64,000 bases of DNA, taken from the NCBI GenBank assembly GCA_963708025.1, contig CAVPSB010000018.1:559812-623811 (forward strand), read 5' to 3'. Shown here piece by piece: positions 47,574 through 57,473 of this stretch; the first letter of the stretch is position 1; each line of letters starts with the position of its first letter. This DNA is from an uncultured Candidatus Rokubacteria bacterium. Lineage in GTDB: Bacteria > Methylomirabilota > Methylomirabilia > Rokubacteriales > DASRDR01. The notes beneath the pieces were generated by a model, which saw nothing but the letters and a program-made list of their open reading frames with translations, was not told where the DNA came from and did no database searches. Position numbers and translations under genes: made by a program.

Positions 47574-48125
47574 ATGGCAGAGGCGCGGAGGGGGTGCGGT
47601 GAATGCGAAGCCACCGACGCTGGGGCGGCCGCACATCAAGCTGACCTCAGCGGATCCGATGGCAGGACCAAGAGGCCAGACACCATGGCGCCGCAATTCG
47701 GAGGAGGACATGCGCCGGGGACCCACGCCAGTCAGGCCGCGCTGGTTCTGGTTGTGGAAGATTACGAGGATACACGCGCGCTCCTTGCCTCGTTCTTGCG
47801 CGAAGCCGGGTTCCGAGTGCAGACCGCCAACGATGGCGTCGGCGACAGCCAAAAGGCCGTCGCCTTGAAGCCCGACCTCATCGCTATGGACTTGGGGCTG
47901 CCCGCCCTCGACGGACTTGAGGCCAGCCGGCGCCTGAAGCGGGATGAACGGACGTACCGCATCCCGGTCTTGGCGATGACGGCCAACGGTGACGAGCGCC
48001 AGCCGGTGCGCGCCGCCGAGGCGGGATGTGACGGGTTCTTGGTGAAGGCCTGCCCTCCGGAAGACTTCATCAATGTGGTCCGGCGGCTGGTGAGCCGGCC
48101 GGCGGCGAGCCATGGCGGCAAATAA
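47574..48125 (+). CDS. Single-domain response regulator (DivK/CheY-like); start uncertain
   Basis: VLVVED, PDLIAMDLGLP.LDG, AGCDGFL.K. Confidence 0.8.
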   Translation: MAEARRGCGECEATDAGAAAHQADLSGSDGRTKRPDTMAPQFGGGHAPGTHASQAALVLVVEDYEDTRALLASFLREAGFRVQTANDGVGDSQKAVALKPDLIAMDLGLPALDGLEASRRLKRDERTYRIPVLAMTANGDERQPVRAAEAGCDGFLVKACPPEDFINVVRRLVSRPAASHGGK

Positions 48126-48678
48126 CGGCGGTGGAGACCTGAAGAGCAGAATTGCCGCCGCGTGGGCAAGCTGGGAGCTTGAGCGAACCTGCCGCGCGCG
48201 TCGCGTCGCCGACGGGGCCGTGGCCGTGTCCCAGGGCTCGGTCGCGGCACCGGAGGACGGAGTGCATCCGATCCGTGTGGCGCTGTTGGACCGGAACGAG
48301 CGCGTTCTCCGCTCCCTCGAGCAGTTCCTCGGCGAGCACGCGAACGAGGTTCGCGTTGTGGGGGCAGAGCGAACCGTGGCAAGCGGCGCGAGCTATCTCG
48401 ACCGGTCCGGCGCATCCCTCATCATCATCGGCATGGGACTTGCGGGCGCGAAGACGCTGGAGTTGATCCACCAGACTCGCGCCACGCGTCCGACAACGGG
48501 CATCATCGCCCTGCTCCTGGTGGAGGCCGGGCACGCCGAGGCAGCCCTGGCCGCGGGCGCCGACGACGTGGTGGCGAAGGATCGAATCGCCCAGGATCTC
48601 TTGCCAGCGGTCCGGCGAATCGCGGAGCGGCGGAGAGGCGACTTGCGGAGCGCGCTCGCCGACGCCGCCGACACGTGA
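48112..48678 (+). CDS. Atypical receiver-domain protein lacking the phospho-Asp
   Basis: IRVALLD, LIIIGMGL, ALAAGADDVVAK. Confidence 0.55.
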   Translation: MAANNGGGDLKSRIAAAWASWELERTCRARRVADGAVAVSQGSVAAPEDGVHPIRVALLDRNERVLRSLEQFLGEHANEVRVVGAERTVASGASYLDRSGASLIIIGMGLAGAKTLELIHQTRATRPTTGIIALLLVEAGHAEAALAAGADDVVAKDRIAQDLLPAVRRIAERRRGDLRSALADAADT

Positions 48679-48692
48679 GCTTTGCCACGTTA

Positions 48693-48804
48693 GGGCCTGC
48701 GGCGAAATAAGTGGACCAGATCTCACTCGGTTCCCTGCCGGCGTGGGAGGAAATCATTGAGCAGCCCGCCCGATGATCTGGGACAGTTATTTCGCGGCAG
48801 GCCC
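48693..48804. mobile_element. MITE 1 (112 bp), IS5-family-like
   Basis: TIR GGGCCTGCGGCGAAATAA / TTATTTCGCGGCAGGCCC (1 mismatch); TTA on both sides. Confidence 0.85.
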
Positions 48805-48807
48805 TTA

Positions 48808-48930
48808 GGCGGTGTCAGGAAATAAGTGAACGAATCATCTGAGTCCAGCGTGTCCGGGGAGGCCGAGAATCGGCACTCGCAGTCTATCCGCTTGGCCCTT
48901 GGAACCGGTCACTTATTCTCTGACGACGCC
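48808..48930. mobile_element. MITE 2 (123 bp), IS5-family-like
   Basis: TIR GGCGGTGTCAGGAAATAAGTGA / TCACTTATTCTCTGACGACGCC (18/22); TTA on both sides. Confidence 0.8.
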
Positions 48931-49003
48931 TTAGTGAAGGTGAGCCACAAGATGCTGCTGAACAAGATTGCAGAAAGCGGACTCAACCCCGAGCGTGCTC
49001 GGC

Positions 49004-49123
49004 GGGAAGGCCAGGGCGGGCCTGAGGTTTTGGGCCAGCGGGCCATCCTCACCCAGGAACCTGGGCTTGTAGCCCTTGCGGTTCTGATAGTGGGGGGTCG
49101 ATCACGGGCTGCACCAGCTTCCC
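49004..49123 (-). ncRNA. Structured non-coding element resembling an IS110-family end (bridge-RNA region); no recombinase adjacent
   Basis: Two stem-loops with internal loops: GGAAGCTGG/CCAGGTTCC plus TGCAGCCC/GGGCTACA; TGAGG/CCTCA plus GGCC/GGCC. Confidence 0.5.
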
Positions 49124-49745
49124 GAGCAAGGCCGACCCCAGGGCCCCCTTGCACTGGCCGCTGCGGCAGCGGGCGGCACCGCATTCGGCAAGCAAGTGGC
49201 AAAGCGCTCTACCCGCTGGCTGCGCGGCGATCACGCGCGGCGCGGGACCGAACTCGTCGCGCTCACGGGTCTGTCCGGACCGACATGGCGTACAGAGGCA
49301 CGACGCCTCAGGCGCGAATTTCGTGCTCTATCTGGCCCGTCGCGAGCGTCATGAACAACCGGTCTAACCGCGCATCCGGAGTGCTGAAGAACTTAGGCCA
49401 CGGCGTGGCCCCCTGGAGGGCGGCATGACAGTCGTTACGATCCTGGATGGCATCCAGAGCCAGACGGCGATCACGCGGGCCATGATAGACACGGCGCTGG
49501 CGAAGAGGCACGTCGCCCTCGCCGAGAGCGCCCGGCTCGAGCGGCGATGGTCAGGACGAGCCACGTCCTGGGAGCCCTGCGCGGCCTTCATTGTGATCGA
49601 GGGCCGTGGGCGCGTCCGATGTTGGAGACCCCCGGAGCCGTCAGGCCGGGGGTTCTGTTGGGAACACTCCACAGGCGACGCGGATCGACCCAACCCCGGG
49701 ATACGGGAAAGTCCCGCAGCCAGTCTGGCGCCTCGGAGTAGATCC

Positions 49746-49803
49746 TGTCCTTCGCCAAACCCCGTCCGGTGGACCGGGTTGCCCCTTTCAGCTCTGACCC
49801 GGA
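49746..49803 (+). mobile_element. Orphan left end of the TGTCCTTCGCCAAA element family
   Basis: TGTCCTTCGCCAAACCCCGTCCGGTGGACCGG...CAGCTCTGACCCGGAG; homologous to 19556 and 51346. Confidence 0.75.
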
Positions 49804-50112
49804 GCTGACACACAGCGTGGTGGCCCACGCCGTGGGTGACCTACCCCGCTGGAGTCACCGCTGCAAGTTCACGGCCCTTGGCCGGCTACGATCCCGAGAT
49901 CGAGAGAGACCGGCTCGGCGACCGGCTGCGCGGCGAGGTCCTGGTGCCGGCGGGGTAAGACCGAGGCGCCGGGGCGTGGTGCTTCGGGCGGCGCATTCCC
50001 ATCGCCACCGCCGGAAGACGGCCGTTGAGAGGGTCACACCGAAGGGGAACTGAAGCCTGGATTGGAAAGTGGCTGACCGCGCCAGTCGCCGAGTGGAGGG
50101 AATCGGTGGGCA

Positions 50113-50140
50113 CCCCCCGACCGACGGCTTAGAAGTGCGT
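50113..50140 (-). pseudogene. tRNA-Arg(UCU) anticodon-to-T-stem fragment (attR-like)
   Basis: Minus strand ACGCACTTCTAAGCCGTCGGTCGGGGG vs 26160 ACGGACTTCTAAGCCGTGGGTCGGGGG; arm-type repeats at 50255/50267. Confidence 0.75.
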
Positions 50141-50405
50141 ACGCGCCATCTGCGACCTACTGTGCCCGAGCGCGATGACGTACGACGGAATCAGCACTTA
50201 GCCGGGCCGCGCCGTTGTCCTACCGTGACCGATTGTGCCTCATTTCGATGCCGAACCGGCACCAAGACCGGCACCAGGGACCTGGGCACTCTGGGGGTGG
50301 GGGCAGCGAGCGAGAAACGCCAGTACGATTGACGAGTGGAGGTCGGCGAAGATCACGGCCGCCCCGCGCGCCAGTTCCTGCCGAGGTCCCTTGGAGCCTG
50401 GTCCC

Positions 50406-50906
50406 TTAGCCGCGCCGCCGCGTCCTGGGCCGCCCCTTCCGGGGTCGTGGTCTCCGCCTCGCGGCCGGCGTCGGCATCCGAGCCAAGAGGCGCTTCACCT
50501 CTCGGCGCCCGAGCGTCCGGAGCGCCACGACCGCCTTCCGGCGGTCCCCGGACGGCGCAGCCCGGCCCTGCTCCCACTGCAGGACCGCCGCCCCGCTCAC
50601 CCCCGCGAGCTTGGCTAGCGCGCTCTGACTCAACCCGAGCCGGGCCCGGAGCTTCTGGATCAGCCGCGGCGACAGACGAGCGGCCTTGACCGTCTCATCG
50701 GACACCGTTGAGGACCAGGGGGTCTGCTCGGCCACCCGTTTCCACTGCGCCGCGGTCGCCCGGAGGGCGATCAGTTCCTTCCGGAGCCCGGCGACGGTGT
50801 GGCGGAGCCGCCGCACCTCACGACGGAGCGGCGTGGCGACCAGGCGGATCTCCCGCCGGGCCCCTCGCTGGATGCCGTCTCTGATGGCCATTTCGATCTT
50901 CGGCAC
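50406..50906 (-). CDS. XRE-family HTH protein with N-terminal coiled coil
   Basis: IQKLRARLGLSQSALAKLAGVS..AVLQWEQG...P. Confidence 0.85.
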   Translation of the reverse strand: MPKIEMAIRDGIQRGARREIRLVATPLRREVRRLRHTVAGLRKELIALRATAAQWKRVAEQTPWSSTVSDETVKAARLSPRLIQKLRARLGLSQSALAKLAGVSGAAVLQWEQGRAAPSGDRRKAVVALRTLGRREVKRLLARMPTPAARRRPRPRKGRPRTRRRG

Positions 50907-51253
50907 AGGCGCCTCCGGATCAAGTCACAGGGGTGAGGCTGACGGTCGAGCGGAACGCACGCAGCGGGCAGGGGTCAGCCCGTACTCGGACGCCGATGGG
51001 CCGGCCCCGCGAGTGAGACGGCCGGAACGCACTGGGGGCACCGCCACACCCAGTGCCAGAGCCATGGGGGTTCCTCGTGGGGCCACTCGTGATCGCACCC
51101 ATCGCAGTCGTGGTAGTGGACCGGACTCGTTCCCGGGACTCGTGGGCGGCGAGCCGGGAAGACGAAGCCGAAACGCATCGCCCTCACCCTACCATTTCGT
51201 CGTCCCTGAGCCCTAGGTTTCCGGGGCCGCGCTCTTCATCGCCAGATCAGCAA

Positions 51254-51346
51254 GTGGAGCAGCGTGCTGATCATGGAGGGCGATTGTCTCCGGATCAGAG
51301 CCGAGAGGGCAATCCGGTCCACCGGACGGGGTTTTGGCGAAGGACA
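51254..51346 (-). mobile_element. Orphan left end plus ORF start of the TGTCCTTCGCCAAA element
   Basis: Reverse complement matches 19556-19650, including ATGATC.GCACGCTGCTCCAC. Confidence 0.75.
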
Positions 51347-51347
51347 G

Positions 51348-51656
51348 GTCATTCGCACGCCGGTGAGAGCGCCCCGGGCCAACGCCGACGCGGAACGGTG
51401 GGTCCGGACGGAGTGCCTCGACTGGCTCCTCATCCGGACTCGGAGCCATCTGGAGCGCGTGCTCCGAGTCTACGTCGGCCACTACAACCACCAGCGACCA
51501 CACCGAGGACTCGGGTTGGTCGTGCCTGCGGGAAAGCACCGGCTGCCGCCGACGGCCTCCGCGGCGAGCAGCGACGTGTGTCGGCGGGACCTCCTCGGCG
51601 GTCTGCTGCATGAGTATGACCAAGCCGCGGCCTGATTCGAGTTTGTGCACCCTTCA
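51348..51656 (+). pseudogene. rve/IS481-like transposase C-terminal remnant with right end
   Basis: IRTPVRAPRANA.AERWVR.ECLD...YNHQRPHRGL...LGGLLHEY; end GAGTTTGTGCACCCTTCA. Confidence 0.85.
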
Positions 51657-51801
51657 GCCCGAAGTGGGCGGAGGATCGAGCGGCGCGATCGAAGCGCGGT
51701 CCATTCGCGCGGCGCGCAGGTCACGCGCGTAAGTAAGGCAAACCGTTTGTGGCGCCAGCCCGCGGCCGCGCTCGGCCTGCTCGGACGGCGAGGCCATTCT
51801 T

Positions 51802-53670
51802 CTAAGGCTCGATCGGCTTCGTCTCGCCGTCGATGCTGCGCAGAAAGAGGACGAGATCCGAGATCTCTGCCTCCGAAAGCGGAGGGGCGTGTCGCGGATT
51901 CTTCAACACGTCCTCCAGGCTCCGCGCCGAGCCATCGTGGAGATAGGGCGCACTCGAGCCGACCCCTAGCAAGGTGGGCACGTCGAAGCCTGATCGGCCC
52001 CGCACATCGTTGGGATTGGTCGTGCCGACATCGCGCAACGCTGAGGCGATCTCGGGTCGGCTTCCATCGATTGTCGCAGCCAGTGCGCTCACGGTCCAAT
52101 GCGGTCCTGCGTGGCACTGAGGGCAGCCGGCCCGACGAAACACCTGTCGGCCGCGCTCCTCCTGCTGCGAAGTGATCGCGGCGCTCCTCGGCACCCGAAT
52201 GCCCTCGAGGACGAACCTGGCCAGACTGTCCAGGTCGTTCGACCGGCCGCCATTGGGCTCGCCCAGTTCGGGCCTGGCGCGCCCGGGAGCCAGGCCGACC
52301 CCGCCCATCAACGTCTCGATATCCCTCTCCACATCCTGCACCTCGTCTCGGGTGGCCGAAGCGTGAAAGGGAGCGGTCCCCGCGAGATTCCAGAGCGGTT
52401 GTGTCTGGCGTGGACCATCGGGACCGAGCCAGGTCGTCCCGTCTACGCCGCCGTCCAGGTGGCAAGACGCACAGGACATCCAACCCAGGCGCGAGAGCCT
52501 CGGGTCATTCGCCTTGTTGAAAAGAACCTTGCCTCGCAGCAGCTCCGGGTCGAGTGTCTCCGGCGTGATGGCGATCGTCGCCAGGACGGGCCGCCGGGAC
52601 GTGTCCCTCAGGTCGAGGACGCTGACGTCGCGCGAGAGGTAGTTCATCACGTAGGCCCTGGAGCCCTCTCGATCGAGCGCGATGCCTCTCGGGCTTCTCC
52701 CCGTCGGCCAGAAGCCCACGAGCCTCGGTCTCTCCGCGGTCGACAGATCGATCCCCATCACCGCGTCGCTGCCTGCCAGCACCACGTATGCCGTGCGGGC
52801 ATCGGGCGAGAGCGCCACGGCCCGGGGAAGGTTCACCGGTGTCGAGAAGGTGGATTCGTTGAGGTGGATTCGCCTCGCCTCGAGCTCCTCTCCGGCGGAG
52901 AGGTCGATGGTCGTCACCGCGGCCGATACCGTGTGCTGAAAATCTCGGGGCCCCGCCGGCCGATCGAGCAGGTGCGCGACCAGGACCGTCTCGCCGGAGA
53001 CCGCCAGCCCCTCGAGTCCATTCACGAAGCCGAACACGTACGGCCGCAAGGGGATCTCCGTGACTCGCTCGCCCTGGAGGAGGCTCAGCCATCCTTCCTT
53101 GCCGTCATTGGTGCCTTCCTGGCCGCCGGTCCGCCGCCGGGCCAGGCGATGCGAGACGATGAGCGTTTCGGTGTCGCTCCACGGAGCCGCCGCAATGGAC
53201 CAAGGCTGGCGCCCCACCGCGACGCGCTTCGCCACAGACCTCCTCGACAGGTCTACGGTGACGACCTCGTCACTCCCGGAGACCGTGACATAGGCCGCAC
53301 GTCCCGAGCGCGCGAGCGCGAAGCCGCCCGGTTCGGGGCCCACCGGAATGGTCGTTCGCGAGCGGCCTTCCAAGAGCGACACGGTGCCATCCGCGCGGTT
53401 GAGAACCACCACGAGGCCGGATGCCGTCGCGGCAACCCCCCAGGGTTCTCTGCCCACTGCGAGGGGCGGGCCCGCCTTCAGGGACCCGGCGTCGATGGGC
53501 GTGACGGAGTCGGCGTCCGGGTTCACCACCCACACGGTCCTTCCGTCGGGCGACATCGCGATCGGGCTCGAGACGGTCGCGGCCGCATTCTCCAAGCGCT
53601 GCGCTGCCGGGAGCACACTGCACCCGCCGAGGCAGGCCAGCAAACCCAGGGCTGCGCACCTCGACGCCAT
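51802..53670 (-). CDS. Lipoprotein with YVTN beta-propeller and di-heme cytochrome c (CcP/MauG-like) domain
   Basis: Lipobox LGGC; VG..P repeats; CASCH and CPQCH; PYLHDGSA.SL. Confidence 0.85.
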   Translation of the reverse strand: MASRCAALGLLACLGGCSVLPAAQRLENAAATVSSPIAMSPDGRTVWVVNPDADSVTPIDAGSLKAGPPLAVGREPWGVAATASGLVVVLNRADGTVSLLEGRSRTTIPVGPEPGGFALARSGRAAYVTVSGSDEVVTVDLSRRSVAKRVAVGRQPWSIAAAPWSDTETLIVSHRLARRRTGGQEGTNDGKEGWLSLLQGERVTEIPLRPYVFGFVNGLEGLAVSGETVLVAHLLDRPAGPRDFQHTVSAAVTTIDLSAGEELEARRIHLNESTFSTPVNLPRAVALSPDARTAYVVLAGSDAVMGIDLSTAERPRLVGFWPTGRSPRGIALDREGSRAYVMNYLSRDVSVLDLRDTSRRPVLATIAITPETLDPELLRGKVLFNKANDPRLSRLGWMSCASCHLDGGVDGTTWLGPDGPRQTQPLWNLAGTAPFHASATRDEVQDVERDIETLMGGVGLAPGRARPELGEPNGGRSNDLDSLARFVLEGIRVPRSAAITSQQEERGRQVFRRAGCPQCHAGPHWTVSALAATIDGSRPEIASALRDVGTTNPNDVRGRSGFDVPTLLGVGSSAPYLHDGSARSLEDVLKNPRHAPPLSEAEISDLVLFLRSIDGETKPIEP

Positions 53671-53690
53671 GGGGGAGGCTGTCGGTGTCG

Positions 53691-56519
53691 TCAGGGCGTC
53701 TTGGTGAGATCGACCCGGTAGGTCCCGAGGTACTTCTGAAACTCGGGCTCGAAGGGATTGAAGGTGTGCTGGACTTGGAGTACGTACGGGCCGGCGACGC
53801 TCAGGGTACGCGAGCCCGAGACGCTCCGCCGCGCATCGCTCGTCGAGAGGGGGAGGACGACCGGCTGCTGGTAGAAGGGCACCGAGGAGAGGGGCTCCCG
53901 AACGAGAAGATCGGCGTTCAAGGTCGAGCCGCCGTCGTGGCTCAAGGTTACCTGGAGAAGATCATTCACGTTGCCCGTGAAGGTGTAGAACTGGCTATCG
54001 CCCAGCGTCGCCAGGTTGCCCGCCAGAGGCACGGTGAGGTCGAGCGGTTGGGGCGGATCGATCTTGGCGAGACCCAGCGTGTAGTTTCCGCTGACGGCGC
54101 TGCCGTCGACCGTGAAGGTATGAGGCCATCGGCCGTGAGTTCTACGAACTTCGTCTCGAAATAGAATCCGCCCGAGTGAGCGCCGGTTGTAAGCGGAACG
54201 CCGTTGGCATCGCTCAGTTGAAAGCCGAATCCGGCCAGCGGAGACTGCTCGCTGAGGATCGCGAGATTGACGATGTCCCCCGCCTTGCCCTGGAAGAGAT
54301 AGACGTCGACGCCGCCGTAGACGCCCTGGGTGTTCGTGTCGTAATCGACGAGCTTGCCTCCACTGCTACCCGGGCTCGTGAAATCGAAGAACAGGTAGGT
54401 CGAGCGACCCACCTCCGGTCCGACGCCCTTCACCGAGCGCGTCGTCTTGGTCACCGTGTCGACGGCGATGGCCTCGAAGGGCTGCCCGGCGGGAATCGTC
54501 GGGATGTAGAAGTAGCCGCTGGAGTCGCTGACACCGGTAAAGGGTACGCTGTTACCAGCACCATAAAAGACTTTGACGATAAATCGTTCTGCCAAGTCCC
54601 CGACGAAACTGGAAAGATCTGTGCTTTGGCCCTGCAAACCCGAACGTCGTAAAGCGGGGCTCGCTGATGGGTCACTGCCCACCGCTGAGCCGCAACTATC
54701 GCCGCCTGGTGGGACGACTGAGCCCATGCCAGTCACCACGTTGGGTGGTGGGGCTTGTTGAGCACGAGTGCTGTCGGGTTTTGGTCCACCTGGCGATGGA
54801 GGAATGGGTTGAGGAGGTGGAGGGACCCTTCCTGGTGGAAGCGTGATTGGCGGTAGGCAGACTTGAGGGGGTGTTCGGCATAGATAAATCTCGTGAACGA
54901 TGAGACCTGCTTCAAGGGCAAAACCTCCAAGGCTGGCATTAAATAACAATCCCGAGGCAACGGCCAACACGGGATTGGCGCTGACAATAGACAATCCCGC
55001 TCCGGCGATTGCGAAGGTCATCGCATAAACATCAAACAAGAGGACAGCATTCATGAAAGCGATCTTGCCGAGCGAGCACTGCGGCGATGCGCTCAGACTA
55101 CTACCACTCCCGGCCTCGATTTGGCTCAAGAGGTCACTCACATTCGAGTTGGAAGTGAAAACGGCAAGATTGTTTAGGGCTTGTGCTACTTCGGGGGTGG
55201 GGTTGCTGCTCAGTGTTACGAAGTTGCTTCGCACTGTCTCTAGTTGGCTCACCTGATTTTGGAACTCTGGAGTCTTCGAAAGAGCCCTAATCGCTTGGGC
55301 AAAGGTCTCGTCAATGATGACCGCAGGTTCCTTCGCAAGTGGGGGTGGGGTCTCGACCGTAAGGGAGAGAGGCGAACTCGTTTGGTTCGTGCTGACATTC
55401 TTCAATGTCACGGTTGCGGGACCCGCCGGCGACACGGGAACAAAGAATCCAATGGTGGGAACTGGGTCTTGTTGCTCGAGGTGACTGTTGACGAAAGCTG
55501 GCAGCTCAATCTCGCTGTCGTCAACAAGGGACTTGAAGTGCGCGACATTCCCCAACGCCGAGAACTGGTTGAAGCCCCCAGCTTCGATTTCGATGTACGT
55601 GCCCGGCGGTCCGCTCAGGTTGCCCGCTTGCACGCTGCGCCGGGTCTGGGTTCTTGCGGCTGTCTTAGCTGTCACAGCCCCGAGCTGAATCGGCGGCACC
55701 GGGTCGGAGATCACATCGCCACCCGGCGCCACGCTGGCAGTATTGATCGCCACCAGCTCGCCGATCCCATCCCCGTCGCGATCCGGAACGATCAGGTAAT
55801 TCAGCACAGCTTGACCCGGCTGCACCATTGGACCGAAGCCGCCCGAGGTCACGCCGAGCGGGCCGGTGAGGGACTGCGTGGAGCCGATGTCCTGGGCGCC
55901 CAGGAAGGTCACGCCCAGCGCGTCGTAGTCGATGCCGGTCGCCGCCTTGACGTCGGCCTTGGTGCGAGCGGCGAAGGTCACCGAGGCCCCTTCGGCCACG
56001 CCGCCAGGGATGCTGAGCGTGCTGACGGCGCCATTCTCCTCCTTCGTCCCAGGACCGCGCCATCTTTGGTGACGGTGGCGGTGGAGGGCGGACTGGCCAG
56101 GACATTGACGGTGACAGTCTTTTCGCTCTTGCCGCCGTCCTTGCCCGTGACGGTCGCGCGCAGCGTCAGGGGTCCATCGGGGAAGTCGCGCGGATTGAGA
56201 AAGACTTTGAAAGCGTCCTCGCCCGGGGCATGTGCCCCCAGCTGAGTGCTGCCCGCCGTGAAGAGGACGCTCTGGACGTCAGCCGGCCTGAATGGCTGGA
56301 CGAGAAGAACGTGGCGCTGCTGACGGTCGCGCGGTCCGAAGGGCTGTTGATCACGAAAGCGGGGCCTGGCGGCGGCGGGGGCGGCGGTGCGGAGGCACAG
56401 GAGGCGAGGGCACCGGACACGGGACAACAGATCGCTAGAATTCGAAGGTAGCGTGCGAATCTGCCCAGGCTTGCAGGCTCCGAGCCTTTTCTTGCGATCA
56501 CGGCAGCCTCCCTCAACAT
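53691..56519 (-). pseudogene. Large surface lipoprotein (Ig-like/PPC-like domains) split by about three frameshifts
   Basis: LASC lipobox and poly-Pro at 5' end; continuous sense across ORFs 56166-56519, 55978-56670, 53966-55999 and 53691-54032. Confidence 0.65.
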
Positions 56520-57089
56520 TACCTGCGCTCCGGCTCACCGGATCAGCGCGTTCGGGCGCTGGGCCTGTGGCAACCGATCGACTCGTCTTTCGGCTCCGAG
56601 GCGGGACCCCCACGTGCCGCCTCGGGAGCGCGCTCGGATGGGGAGCACGCTGGGCGGGCAATCCAGACAAAGCGCGCCCAAGGGGATTGCGCGTGGGAGT
56701 CGCGGGAGCCGCTCACTCGATCAGCAACTGCCCCGACCGCCGCCTCTCCAAAGATATGTCGGTCGCCCCGGCCCACCCCGCTCTGGCCACCGGCAAGGCA
56801 ATCGCTCCAAAGCTTCTGCCGCCCTTCTCCTGCGCCCCGCGTCACCCATTGGCTCAGGGAACCCTCCTCTCCACCGAACGCGAGCGGCCCCGGCCGCCAG
56901 ACGGGTGCCGACCCCTCAGGCCCCGCGCGCCGTCGGGCCCTTGCTGGCCAGCTCGCGTCCGGGCTAACTTCGAACCATCGTGGAGCGGGGCCCGGCGACG
57001 TGGGCGCGAAAGACGCGGCGCGGGGCGGTCCCGGCCGCACGGACCGGAGGACCGCCAGGGCCGCCCTCACGGGGCCGCCGCGGGTCCGC

Positions 57090-57290
57090 GGTGGAATTCC
57101 GGATCGGCCGGCACCACCTGATCGTCGTGAGCGCACGCGTCAACAGCCGCGGCCCCTTCGATTTCGTAGTCAACACCGGCGCGTCAATGACGGTGGTGTC
57201 GCCGTCCGTCGCCCGGCGAGCCGGAGTGTCGCTGACCGGGCCTCGCGCGAGCGCCGCCAGCACCGGGCCGCGTCAGCCGGCGCGGCTCGC
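57090..57290 (+). pseudogene. Retropepsin-like aspartyl protease fragment
   Basis: LIVVSARVNSRGPFDFVVNTGASMTVVS (catalytic D of DTGAS is N). Confidence 0.6.
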
Positions 57291-57473
57291 GCGAGACAGA
57301 CCGCCATGCGCTGCCGGAACTGCCCTACCCCATACTAGATTGCCGAGGGTGCGTCAAGTAAGTAACATCACCTGCGGTATTCGCCTTGTATCTGGTCGGA
57401 TACACCTGCCGGGCCTTCTCGGTGTTCGGCGGCAGCGCACGGGCCGGCGGTATCCTGGAGCCATGTCATCCGC

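Noticed and set aside
49280-49700. Possible transposase or other gene remnant
   Set aside because: No motif I could assign with confidence.
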